Origin: Candidatus Omnitrophota bacterium | GTDB taxonomy: Bacteria; Omnitrophota; Gorgyraeia; Gorgyraeales; Gorgyraeaceae | Assembly (NCBI GenBank): GCA_042571405.1 | Contig: JBHPHU010000002.1 | Span: forward strand, 2,787 to 66,786 | Direction: 5' to 3' | DNA length: 64,000 nucleotides | Part shown: in pieces, positions 53,276 to 62,366 of the stretch | Layout: each line of letters begins with the position of its first letter | Position numbering within the stretch: the stretch's first letter is position 1 | Made by a program: the position numbers and the translations under genes | Notes under the pieces: generated by a model | What the model was told of the DNA's origin: nothing | The model's input: only the letters and a program-made list of their open reading frames with translations | Databases searched by the model: none

Positions 53276-55930
53276 ATGAAAAAAAATATTATTTTGTGTA
53301 TTATAGCTTTGATTTTATTCTATGGAATAGCGGAAACCTCCGTTAGTCTTTTTAATTTCGACTTAAATCTCCCCAGGTATTTTAAATTTGCGGATCGATT
53401 TCAGGTAGATCCTGGTTTTAGTGGAGGATTTTTTAAAAAAGATAGCCGGGTCTTTTGGCGCGTAAATAAAGATAAATCCGCTGATATTAATTCACAAGGA
53501 TTCAGGGATTCAAAAGAAATAGATTCTTTTAAAAGAAAGGATACTTTTAGAATAGTATGCATAGGAGACTCTGTGACTTTTGGAGTCCCGATAACATTGA
53601 ATAGGAGCAGAGATACCTTTCCTAAGCTATTGGAGAAATCATTAAATCAGCTTCAGATGCGGAAAAATTTTGAAGTTATAAACGCGGGAGTGCCGGGCTT
53701 TACTTCCTATCAAGGTTTGCAATATTTAAAATATTACCTTATAAAATACAAACCAGATTTAGTAATTTCTCAGTTTGAAATTAATGATGCTGCAGAGGCT
53801 CTTTACTTTGCAGATAAAGACCAGAAATTGCAGCCGGACTGGTCGATAGCAGCGCAAAATTTTCTGAACAAAAGTAAATCCTATCGATTATTAGGGAAAA
53901 TTATTTTTTATGTAAAGTATAGATTTTTTTGTAACGCTGACAACTGTAAGGGAAACAAAAAGAGAGTTACTCCTGATGATTACAAGAACAACTTAAGAGA
54001 AATGATAGAAATAGGCAAAGAAAATGGTTTTAAAGTAATATTTTTACCCCCTGTATTTTTCGAACCAACTGAAAAAGAATTAGAAGGAAGAATTTCTACA
54101 AATAAAAAATACTCTTTCCCAAAAGAAGCCTTGTACGTGGATACCTACAGTGCTTTTAAAAAAAGAGAAGCAATAGCAAGAAGCCTTTTTTTCGATGACT
54201 GTCATTTGACCCCCGAGGGGCATAAAATATTAGCAGAAGAGATACTTAAGCATTTGACAGAAGCGACACTTTTATCTAATAATTTTTCCCATCCATCCAA
54301 TCTTAGGGTCCCTATTATAGAGGATGAAGAAAAAATAAAAAAAGCATCAGGCAAGATCAATGCGCGAAAGTTATTAGACGAATATGAGCAGGATATCATG
54401 TATTTTACTGCTATTAGCGAAGTAGCTAGAAAAAAAGGAGACGTATTAGCCATACTAAGGCCTTCTACCAGAAAGATATTTGAAACATTAATTGAGACCC
54501 CAGGAGATGACTTGCAGAAAGTAGTAAATTTTGACGAAAAGCTTTTTTTTGAAGTCCATACTGCCTTGCGCTCAAAATGGGGCATAGAATTTATTAAAGA
54601 GAATCCGCTGCTCGTTAATGAAAAGTTAGAGATAAGTGATTCAAACAAAACAACTGTATTGCTGTTCAGGATCATGCAAGCCTGCGCATTTAAGCGGCTA
54701 AACCTGCCTGAAGACGAAATCAATACACTGCAGCAGTATATAATATTATCGTACGATTCATTAAAAATAGCAGATGAAAAGACTGCCAAAGCAAAGTATT
54801 TGCTTAAAGCAAAAAAGCCGCAACCAGATAAAAAGCTTATTGATAAATATCAAAGTGTTTTTTATGACATGTATGTTACAACGATTAAATACATGGGCAA
54901 GAGAGCGAATGAGAATATGTTTGGATACGGAGATTCAACTGTATTAACGGGATATATTTTTGGAAGCTTTGGAATGGGTAGCTATATAGAAGAATATAAA
55001 CTTATTCATATTATGGCAATGATGGAAGCTTATGGGGGAGTATATGAGCTTCTTAGAGGCAACCCTGAAAGAGCTATAGAGCAATTCAAAACAGCTTTGC
55101 GCTCAGAGGATTTTGATCCAAAGATAATCCGTCTAATTCAAGAAGAATTAAGATGGATGCATGAGAATAATTTAGACGGTGCTGAAGAAGCGATAGAGGG
55201 CATAAATAACTTTCTGGGATCTCTTTACCTTAAAGATGTCACATTGCTTACACTGAAGGAGAAGATTGAATGGAAGGATGAATGGGGTAACCTAAGTACA
55301 AACGCGGTAAAAGCGGCAGAAAAGTACATGCTAGAATGGGAAACAACAGAGGAGGAGGATGATTTATTGGTATTTGATAAGTTTTTACCAGGAGCTAAGT
55401 TTCAGATGCAGCTCGGCAATGATAACATAACTTTACCGTCACCAGAGGCTATAGAGATTTTCCAGGCAACATGTAAGATAAATTTTGATTGGGGTGCCTG
55501 TATGATCGTTACTCCCTATCCCATTGTGCATGGACTAATGGAGTATATAATTCGAACGGATCATGAAAAGGCATATCTGGCCGCAGTCATTGACAGGGCA
55601 ATTGAACTTTTAGATGAAGATCTCAAAGTAAAATGTATAAATAAAATATTTAAAGTAACATATATTAAGAAGGAATTCTTAAATAATTTTGCACGATTAG
55701 TTGGCGTAAAGTTTTTAGCCCTCCTGAAAAATTTAGATGAAAAGAGCTTAGGATTTATTATGAATAATTATTATCTAGATAAGAGGCATTACGAAAAATA
55801 TATTTTTGATGAAGTTTTAGACAAAAAACCAGGTACAATTAGATATCTTGATCCAGGAACTCTCCAATGGCTTGGAATACCCCAAGATATAAACCTCGAT
55901 AAAAATAGAATCATCAACGCGTCTTCCTAA
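53276..55930 (+). CDS. Membrane-anchored SGNH/GDSL hydrolase with long helical middle region and a ~220-aa C-terminal module shared with 60737..62278
   Basis: N-terminal TM segment. SGNH blocks: IGDSVTFG (I), FEINDA (III), DDCHLT (V, DxxH). The C-terminal WKDEWG...LPGAKFQ...FDWGA module is paralogous to gene I. Confidence 0.8.
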   Translation: MKKNIILCIIALILFYGIAETSVSLFNFDLNLPRYFKFADRFQVDPGFSGGFFKKDSRVFWRVNKDKSADINSQGFRDSKEIDSFKRKDTFRIVCIGDSVTFGVPITLNRSRDTFPKLLEKSLNQLQMRKNFEVINAGVPGFTSYQGLQYLKYYLIKYKPDLVISQFEINDAAEALYFADKDQKLQPDWSIAAQNFLNKSKSYRLLGKIIFYVKYRFFCNADNCKGNKKRVTPDDYKNNLREMIEIGKENGFKVIFLPPVFFEPTEKELEGRISTNKKYSFPKEALYVDTYSAFKKREAIARSLFFDDCHLTPEGHKILAEEILKHLTEATLLSNNFSHPSNLRVPIIEDEEKIKKASGKINARKLLDEYEQDIMYFTAISEVARKKGDVLAILRPSTRKIFETLIETPGDDLQKVVNFDEKLFFEVHTALRSKWGIEFIKENPLLVNEKLEISDSNKTTVLLFRIMQACAFKRLNLPEDEINTLQQYIILSYDSLKIADEKTAKAKYLLKAKKPQPDKKLIDKYQSVFYDMYVTTIKYMGKRANENMFGYGDSTVLTGYIFGSFGMGSYIEEYKLIHIMAMMEAYGGVYELLRGNPERAIEQFKTALRSEDFDPKIIRLIQEELRWMHENNLDGAEEAIEGINNFLGSLYLKDVTLLTLKEKIEWKDEWGNLSTNAVKAAEKYMLEWETTEEEDDLLVFDKFLPGAKFQMQLGNDNITLPSPEAIEIFQATCKINFDWGACMIVTPYPIVHGLMEYIIRTDHEKAYLAAVIDRAIELLDEDLKVKCINKIFKVTYIKKEFLNNFARLVGVKFLALLKNLDEKSLGFIMNNYYLDKRHYEKYIFDEVLDKKPGTIRYLDPGTLQWLGIPQDINLDKNRIINASS

Positions 55931-55941
55931 AGTCTTATTTA

Positions 55942-56014
55942 TATGGTATAATTATAGTTAGATAAGCATAGCAGCTATATAGCCTTACAAGGCTATTTTT
56001 ATGGGTGGATTATG
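55942..56014 (+). promoter_or_regulatory. Reiterated leader cassette, copy 2 (full)
   Basis: TGgTATAAT (55944-55952), ataagcatagcaGCTATATAGCCttacaaGGCTATTTTTATGGGTGGATTATGA, main ATG at 56012. Confidence 0.75.
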
Positions 56015-56845
56015 ATTAGGATTGGAAAAGGGTATAATTTGAAGATTACATCTTTAGCAATAGTTATGATACTATCTTTTACAGGGATTGTATATCCAAC
56101 TCCCAATTTAAAACAAATTTTGCGTTTACCTACAGGACAGGCAGATGACACATTTGTCCGAATAAAAGCAGCTTACATCAGAGATGTTTTGCAGCAGCAC
56201 CCAGAACTCAAAGCTTATCTCCTTGATGATAAAAATACAGAAATCCGTCTTGTAGCTTTAGGTGAAAAACCAGCCTATTGGAGTTACGGCGCTAAGGCGC
56301 AAGATGAATTACGAATAATTAAGGAAATCTCAGAAAAACTAGATCTGCGATTTATTCAGTATCAATATGGCACTAAAACTTCATGTTTTATTTACGACCC
56401 TAAATCTTTAGCAAAAGTATTTTTTCAATACAAAGAAGAGCTCTTAGATGAAAATAATTATTTGCCTGCGCAGGAAGCTCTACCGAGTCCTGTAAGTTTT
56501 TTTAAGGCAATAAACTTAGAAACTATTATTACTGATGGAGTATCGGTAGAAAAAGAAACCCAGCTTATGCACCTTGACAAATTCTTAATAGCTATTTGCC
56601 AAAGAGGTAAAGCTAATAGAAGTGAAGGCGAACCTTTTCCAATAGGCATAGCAATGGGCTATAATCTTGAATGGGTGCGGGTAATCTTAGAGAGACGGAA
56701 AGGAAAACACGTTATATATCATAGCATTTCTTCTCGCCGGCATAGTATTTGGTTTTTTTCAGCAGATAAATCATCCGGTGACGCATTATTGGAACGATGG
56801 ATAAAGATGGCAGAGGCAGGAAAAGATATCATTTCTATGATATAG
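56012..56845 (+). CDS. Leader-family secreted protein D (277 aa, no recognised domain)
   Basis: N-terminus MIRIGKGYNLKI plus hydrophobic segment ...VYPTP..LRLP. Confidence 0.75.
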   Translation: MIRIGKGYNLKITSLAIVMILSFTGIVYPTPNLKQILRLPTGQADDTFVRIKAAYIRDVLQQHPELKAYLLDDKNTEIRLVALGEKPAYWSYGAKAQDELRIIKEISEKLDLRFIQYQYGTKTSCFIYDPKSLAKVFFQYKEELLDENNYLPAQEALPSPVSFFKAINLETIITDGVSVEKETQLMHLDKFLIAICQRGKANRSEGEPFPIGIAMGYNLEWVRVILERRKGKHVIYHSISSRRHSIWFFSADKSSGDALLERWIKMAEAGKDIISMI

Positions 56846-56850
56846 TTGCG

Positions 56851-56878
56851 CAGGGGCTATTTTTATGGGTGGATTATG
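56851..56878 (+). promoter_or_regulatory. Reiterated leader cassette, copy 3 (promoter-less, right half only)
   Basis: caggGGCTATTTTTATGGGTGGATTATGA follows directly after the stop of gene D. The left hairpin arm is reduced to ATAG, supplied by D's last codons. Confidence 0.7.
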
Positions 56879-57616
56879 AAAAAGAATAAAAAAGTATTGG
56901 CAGCCATATTTATGCTAATAGAGATAGTTTTTCTGTCTAACCTTGCATATTCAGAAGGAACATTCCTGCGCGTACCGCTTATAACAAACAAGAAATATAT
57001 CGAAATAGTAAAAGAAAACAAGGTTTCGGTTAGGCAAACAGAAGAGCTATATGCAAGAAAGTTTGAAGAAGTTTTATTAAAAATTTTAAACCCATTGTCA
57101 TTTGGGAAGCATGAAATAGAAGTGCCTAAATTTAGATGTGAGTTAGGTTTCTACATGCCTGACTGCGACAATAATCGCAGGGATTTGGCTATTCATGTAG
57201 TGAGGGAATTAGGAAAAAATTTATTAAGTAATTCTAAATCTGAGAGAGAAATACTCCTTCAACATATATACTATGATAACCATAAGGCGATAAGAATAAT
57301 ATCAAGAAACAGGGAAACCATCGAAACACCCATTGAATACTTATTGGACAAAAAAATGAAGATAGATCCTTTTGCTTTTGATGAACTGTCAGGAGCAGCT
57401 CTTTATTGGTTAAAAGAGTTTGCTCACATCAATAAGGGCATATTTTTTACTTTGGATAGCAATGGACAAAAGATGGAAGTTTCTTATGATAATATTGTTG
57501 AAAGCAAAGGAAACTATAAAGGCACAGAAATCCAGATGATAATTTTTACTCCTGCCATAGCCAAAAATACATTTTCGCTCAATGACATTAAAAACATTAC
57601 ACGCAGGGCACTATAA
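56876..57616 (+). CDS. Leader-family secreted protein E (246 aa)
   Basis: The start is fixed by the conserved core (ATG 56876; the track's TTG 56846 reads through the leader). Signal peptide MKKNKKVLAAIFMLIEIVFLSNLAYS..LRVP. Confidence 0.72.
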   Translation: MKKNKKVLAAIFMLIEIVFLSNLAYSEGTFLRVPLITNKKYIEIVKENKVSVRQTEELYARKFEEVLLKILNPLSFGKHEIEVPKFRCELGFYMPDCDNNRRDLAIHVVRELGKNLLSNSKSEREILLQHIYYDNHKAIRIISRNRETIETPIEYLLDKKMKIDPFAFDELSGAALYWLKEFAHINKGIFFTLDSNGQKMEVSYDNIVESKGNYKGTEIQMIIFTPAIAKNTFSLNDIKNITRRAL

Positions 57617-57768
57617 AACATCGCTACGTCTAATCTGGAAACATCTACGCAACTAGAGGGGGTCAGGTCTAGACATTCGTTATTCCGGATACACCCCGCA
57701 GTCTAACCTATGTCCAATCACAATCCCTTACCCACAACCTTCTAAGCCTCTTCCCAAACCCCTATTTA

Positions 57769-57841
57769 TATGATATAATTACATTACAATAAGCATGGGA
57801 GCTATATAGCCTTACAAGGCTATTTTTATGGGTGGATTATG
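57769..57841 (+). promoter_or_regulatory. Reiterated leader cassette, copy 4 (full)
   Basis: TGaTATAAT (57771-57779), ataagcatgggaGCTATATAGCCttacaaGGCTATTTTTATGGGTGGATTATGA, main ATG at 57839. Confidence 0.75.
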
Positions 57842-58267
57842 ATGGGGATTGAAAAAGGGTATAACTGGAAAGTCATGCCTGTGCTATTAGCAATAGTAGT
57901 ATTATATGCAAATATACTCTATTCTGCCCCAGAGTTTAATCTGCGCCCTCTGCTTACATTTTCTATGGAAGGAGACAACGAGAGGAATGAGGAAGAGAAG
58001 TTATTTATACAGCTTGTAGGCGAATCTCCTGTGCTTATGGATGTAGGAACGGATAGGGCAAGCTTTCTTTTTAAGGTTAATAAAATTTTACCCAAATCAA
58101 AGCTTTATGGTATAGATAAACACTCTATTAGTGAAAAGATTAAAATTGAAGCTGCTGGACATGGGATAGCTTTGACGGATCGTAGAGATTATGAAGATTT
58201 ATTAGGGGCTCCAGACCAAAAAGACAAATATGATGTAGTAACTCTTATTGCACCTATGAGCTTTTGT

Positions 58268-59710
58268 CAAATGTTGTGGATGAAGCCTCTAAGCAAAGCA
58301 TCCTTTCAAGTTCCATTTAAGCAGTTATCTCCTCAAGTTTTTCAGATTCCTTAACCATCAAACCATCCTTAAATTTCACACCTTCCCAGACCTGTTTTAT
58401 TTTTCTATGGCCTCTTAATCTGGACCATCGTTTTTGAGCAGATAGAATAAGCTTAAAGACCATTGTTAGTGTTGCGATCCTTGATCCACATCCTTTAGTC
58501 TTTACGGTTCTTAAGCGTACAGTAGAGAACGTGGACTCGATAACATTTGTGCTTCTAAGATGCACCCATTGCTGAGCAGGGTAATTATAAAAGCTAAGGA
58601 GTTTCTCACGATTATTCCTCAAACAGTCAACAGCCTTTGGGTATTTAGCTTCAAATTCTTCTATGAATATATTGAAGGCAATGTCCGCATCTTTTTTTGT
58701 GGGAGCCAGGTATATATTATGAATCATTGTCTTGGCTCTACCTTGAAGACTTTGAGGCAGTTTATCCAAGGCATTGGCTGTTTTATGGATCCAGCATAAT
58801 TGATGATTTGTCTCAGGGAATTCTTCTTGTAAGGCTGCCCAGAAGCCCAAAGAGCCGTCTCCTATTGATAGTTTTGGCCCTTTGGATAATCCCATGCGTT
58901 TTAACTCTCTCATAATAGACTGCCAACTCAACTTTGATTCCCTGAAGCCATCTACTATGGCCACTATCTCTTTTTTCTCTTTTTTACCGTCAGTCCTTGC
59001 GCCTATTATTACTAAGACGCATTGCCTGTCGTCATCAAGCCTCACGTTGAAATATATGCCATCTACCCACCAGTATACGTATTCTGTTTTAGAAAGGTCT
59101 CTATTTATCCATTCGTTATATTCCTTTTCCCAGATTTGTTTTAAGCGGACTATGTTTTGAGCTGATAAGCCTATAACCTGTTTTCCAAGGATAGATTCTA
59201 AAGCTTCTGTAAAGTCTCCAGTGGATATGCCTTTTAAGTATAGTACCGGCAAAAGCTCGTCTATATTCCTTGTTCTCCTTAAGTACGGCGGGATTATGCT
59301 GCTTTTGAAGCGTTTCTCTTTATGTTTAGATAATATCCTATCGTCAACCCTTGGAGTTCTTACTTCAAGCTGGCCTGCGCCTGTAATAATTCTTCTGGAT
59401 TTATTGTGCCCGTTACGCACTACCTGCCTATAGCCGTTATCATCCAGTATATACTGATACCCTTCCAGGAATAAATCCACTTCGATCTCTAATGCTTTTT
59501 TCAGCATCTCTTTGGCGCCTTCCCTTGCGATGTCATCCAGGGATTTTTTAACGATACTTTCCTCTGGACTTACCTTGAATCTAGAGGTATTATTATTCAT
59601 AGAGTATCCTTTCTTTTATGCGTGTCGCCTGACACGCTGGTTTGTGTTGTCTTATTTGAAAGGATACTCTTTTTCTATACTCTTTTCAAGCCTCCAATCC
59701 ACAACATTCG
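58268..59710 (-). mobile_element. IS256-family insertion sequence (~1.44 kb)
   Basis: Imperfect terminal inverted repeats: cAAATGTTGTGGATgaaGcCT (58268-) against the reverse complement of ...AGcCTccAATCCACAACATTcg (-59710). One transposase ORF fills the element. Confidence 0.85.
58317..59600 (-). CDS. IS256-family (Mutator-type) DDE transposase
   Basis: 427 aa. N-terminal ...DDIAREGAKEMLKKALEIEVDLFLE... and overall architecture are typical of the Transposase_mut family. The only credible minus-strand gene in the window. Confidence 0.9.
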   Translation of the reverse strand: MNNNTSRFKVSPEESIVKKSLDDIAREGAKEMLKKALEIEVDLFLEGYQYILDDNGYRQVVRNGHNKSRRIITGAGQLEVRTPRVDDRILSKHKEKRFKSSIIPPYLRRTRNIDELLPVLYLKGISTGDFTEALESILGKQVIGLSAQNIVRLKQIWEKEYNEWINRDLSKTEYVYWWVDGIYFNVRLDDDRQCVLVIIGARTDGKKEKKEIVAIVDGFRESKLSWQSIMRELKRMGLSKGPKLSIGDGSLGFWAALQEEFPETNHQLCWIHKTANALDKLPQSLQGRAKTMIHNIYLAPTKKDADIAFNIFIEEFEAKYPKAVDCLRNNREKLLSFYNYPAQQWVHLRSTNVIESTFSTVRLRTVKTKGCGSRIATLTMVFKLILSAQKRWSRLRGHRKIKQVWEGVKFKDGLMVKESEKLEEITA

Positions 59711-60388
59711 ATTATACCTCTTATGAAAAAGTAACCGAGTTTAAGTTTGTCGGGAATCCCGAAAAAGTAGAATCTAGCTATATGTTACCTGCATTTGAAG
59801 TATCAAAACAATATGAAAGGAATGGTCTTGGGCAGATTCTATTAGCTAAGCTTTGTGAGACAAGCATGAATGATTCAGACATAGGAGACATAATTGTTCT
59901 GGCCGAGGGACTTAGTCCTATAGGCAGGGATTACTTCAGGTCAAAGACAAAGACTGAAACCACTGGTTTTACAATTGAAAAAGGAGGGAAAGAGAGAGCA
60001 TGTAATCGCGTTGTAGATAGGATAGAAGCAGAGAGATTACTTAAACTCGCCTTAAGCAGACAGGATGAATCTAATAGGTTAGAAAAAGTCATTAATCGAA
60101 AAGTGACTAGCAAAACAATAGATTTTAATTTATAAAACTTGTATCTTCCTAACTCACCCAATCCCTCTATCATAATACCATGTCCTCTAACTACGATGAG
60201 CTTGTGTTCTTCTGGAAGGGTAAGGCGATAGTCTATGCCATTATGGCTAAGGATGGGCTCTGGTATGCTGTAGAGGTTAGCCAAGGACGGTTCTCGTGCC
60301 AATCTCAGACCTGTCTCCCAGCCATAATTATCTAACATCTCAGTCTACTCTAATTTAGCCAATATAATTTGAATCCTACAAATATGTA

Positions 60389-60397
60389 TGGTATAAT
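60389..60397 (+). promoter_or_regulatory. Extended -10 promoter element upstream of the tRNA-like fragment
   Basis: TGgTATAAT within aaatatgtaTGgTATAATccc. This is the same promoter flavour as the leader cassettes. Confidence 0.45.
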
Positions 60398-60438
60398 CCC
60401 TATCTGATAGAGTACTTGATTATGTTTAAGAATTTACA

Positions 60439-60478
60439 TCGGGGCGTGGCGCAGTTTGGCTAGCGCGCTTGAATGGGG
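60439..60478 (+). tRNA. Truncated tRNA-like 5' half (acceptor 5' strand, D-arm, 5' anticodon stem and loop; anticodon GGG, so tRNA-Pro-like)
   Basis: CGGGGCG-TG-GCGC-AGTTTGGCTA-GCGC-G-CTTGA-ATGGGGT. U8, the D-stem and G18G19 are intact. No complementary 3' anticodon stem, T-arm or acceptor 3' strand follows anywhere up to 64000. Confidence 0.5.
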
Positions 60479-60670
60479 TTGCCTTCCTGGCATTTTTTGT
60501 AACCCATTGAAATTCTTACAACTACAATAATCTACAATCACTTACAACAAATTTTCAAATGTATGCTCATGCCCCAATATGCCCGATTCTGTACCGTCCA
60601 TAGACACCATATGGACACCAAAAATTAACCTGAAATTAATCCGAAAATTTTCTTTCTAGAACCCCATTTG

Positions 60671-60739
60671 TATGGTATACTCACTTTAGATATACATGCT
60701 ATTATAGCCTTCCAGGGCTATTTTTATGGGTGGATTATG
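60671..60739 (+). promoter_or_regulatory. Reiterated leader cassette, copy 5 (full, divergent upstream half)
   Basis: TGgTATACT (60673-60681), GCTATtATAGCC, hairpin ATAGCC-ttccag-GGCTAT (60704-60721), TTTTTATGGGTGGATTATGA, main ATG at 60737. Confidence 0.72.
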
Positions 60740-62278
60740 AGTGAGATTGGAAAAGGTTATAGCGTGAAAGTCGTATCAGTAGCAATAAGTTTAGTATTAT
60801 TGTTTATGGATATTGGCTTTACATCTTCTCATATTCAAAACCTCCGTCTTCCACTGGGGCAACTTGACAAGGCAGAAGAAAAGAATAGAAAGATTGATAA
60901 TAATGCGAGTGTAAGTAATGGCTTTTCGCTTCCTCTTGTCCTAGCACTACAAGAATATGAGAAAAATATATATACGTTTTCGGAAATGGAAGACAATAGC
61001 GACAGGGAGTCAAAGTTAGTTTTTGAGTATGATAAGATTCTTAGAAGTTTAGCTGCAGAAGGATATTTGGATGGAGTGCTTATATATCCATTCATGGGTT
61101 CAGACTTACTGCCTGCAAAGTATTTTATAGAAACAATTCCTATAAACGACGACGCAAAAGATTTTAAACGTGGAGAGAAAATTATAAAGAGAGTTTATAA
61201 AAAAGCTTCTGAAGAGATTATTGCCTTAATTCGTTCGCGCATACGTTCTCGCAAAGCCTTGGATGTTATGAAAGAAACAACTTATCTAAACCAGGATTTT
61301 TTAAAATCAGATAGACCTAGATTTGTATTTCTTTTAAAGTGTTTCGATGTGTTTTCGGATGAGTATCCAGAAGAGGTAGTGCAAAAAGTGCTTAGAGTTG
61401 TTTTGGAACAGGTGTTACAAAAAGGAGACCGCATTTTAGTTTTACATAAGAAAGATGTATCCTTTATCCCAACTCTTAAAAAAGCAGGTTTTTCCTGTAT
61501 AGCTGAATATTATCCTTCGTCGTTAGCTTCCGAACTTACTATTCTTGTGCAAGAGGGGCCAACCGCTGTGACTTTTCCAGATGTCTTTGTTGTGATGGAA
61601 AAACTTGCGTCAGGTAAGAAGGTGGAATGGAAAGACAAATGGGGTAAACCAGACAGAGAAGCAATGAAGACTGCAAGTAGATACATCAAAGAATGGAAGG
61701 CAAAAAAAATGGAAGATTTGCAGATAATGGATAACCTGTTGCCTGGAGCTAAGTTTCAGCAACAACTCCTAAATGATAAAATCAAACCAGAATCGCAAGA
61801 CGCTATAGAAATTTTCAAAGCAACATGCAAAATAGATTTTGATTGGGGAGCTTCTATGTTATCGACTACTTCCGCAGGATTGCATGAAACAATTCATTAT
61901 ATGATTAAAGTCGATTATAATAGACCATACGTAGTAGCGCTGGTTAATAGAGCTATAGAGTTGCTAGAAGAAACATATAAAGTCGAATGCAAAGATGGAG
62001 TCTTTAATATAGAATATGATTTGATGAAATTCTTAAGCATTTTTTCTCCATTATCGCGGCCAGACATAAAGGGTTTTTTGAGTAAGCTAAATGAAAAAAG
62101 CATAGCATTTATTATAAACCAGTTTCATTTGAATGATAATCTTAGCCTGGATTATATTTTTGAGGCTGTATTAAAGACAAGACCAGAGGCAATTGATTTG
62201 CTTAGTGGAAAGGTTCGTAAACGGCTCAATCTACCCGAGATGAAAATACCAGATAAAGACTTACGGACGGATTCATAG
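60737..62278 (+). CDS. Leader-family secreted protein I (513 aa) with C-terminal module shared with 53276..55930
   Basis: MSEIGKGYSVKV plus hydrophobic segment ...GFTSS..LRLP. The last ~220 aa (VEWKDKWG...LPGAKFQQQL...KIDFDWGAS...) are homologous to the C-terminus of the SGNH protein. The start is set by the conserved core. Confidence 0.78.
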   Translation: MSEIGKGYSVKVVSVAISLVLLFMDIGFTSSHIQNLRLPLGQLDKAEEKNRKIDNNASVSNGFSLPLVLALQEYEKNIYTFSEMEDNSDRESKLVFEYDKILRSLAAEGYLDGVLIYPFMGSDLLPAKYFIETIPINDDAKDFKRGEKIIKRVYKKASEEIIALIRSRIRSRKALDVMKETTYLNQDFLKSDRPRFVFLLKCFDVFSDEYPEEVVQKVLRVVLEQVLQKGDRILVLHKKDVSFIPTLKKAGFSCIAEYYPSSLASELTILVQEGPTAVTFPDVFVVMEKLASGKKVEWKDKWGKPDREAMKTASRYIKEWKAKKMEDLQIMDNLLPGAKFQQQLLNDKIKPESQDAIEIFKATCKIDFDWGASMLSTTSAGLHETIHYMIKVDYNRPYVVALVNRAIELLEETYKVECKDGVFNIEYDLMKFLSIFSPLSRPDIKGFLSKLNEKSIAFIINQFHLNDNLSLDYIFEAVLKTRPEAIDLLSGKVRKRLNLPEMKIPDKDLRTDS

Positions 62279-62366
62279 CACCAGGTGATCTTGGGCTCAG
62301 ACTCGAGAATTGGAAATCAAGATTGATCAAAGATGTTTGCCATGTAGAAGTTACTCAACGAAGCAG

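Larger units (their letters stand above)
57839..60135 (+). pseudogene. Leader-family gene F (Rossmann/MTase-like N-terminal half plus GNAT-like C-terminal half) disrupted by IS256-family insertion
   Basis: The 5' part (MMGIEKGYNWKV...VLMDVGTDRA...YDVVTL) runs into the IS at about 58268. The 3' part (DYTSYEK...QYERNGLGQILLAKL...) resumes at about 59710. Deleting 58270-59708 (1439 nt) rejoins the two frames. Confidence 0.7.

Noticed and set aside
57617-57770. Apparent similarity between the regions upstream of leader copies 4 and 5 (caatcacaatcccttacccacaac versus caatcacttacaacaa)
   Set aside because: The match is short, gapped and low-complexity. It is not convincing without a computed alignment.
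59512-59709. 5' part of track ORF 59512..60135 (MAPSLAMSSRDFLT...)
   Set aside because: This segment is antisense read-through of the IS256 transposase 5' end and IS terminus. Only the portion from about 59710 onward belongs to the disrupted host gene.
59931-60338. Minus-strand ORF of 135 aa (MLDNYGWETGLRLAREPS...)
   Set aside because: Its distal half is antisense to the 3' end of gene F. The proximal 67 aa lie in otherwise unassigned DNA, but they lack an RBS or any family resemblance. It could be a gene remnant, but the sequence alone does not support that.
60479-60667. Possibility that the tRNA-like 5' half is interrupted by a group I intron or is part of an intact gene
   Set aside because: The break comes after the anticodon loop and the following DNA is AT-rich and unstructured. 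No 3' anticodon stem, T-arm (GTTCRAATC) or acceptor complement occurs anywhere downstream in the window.
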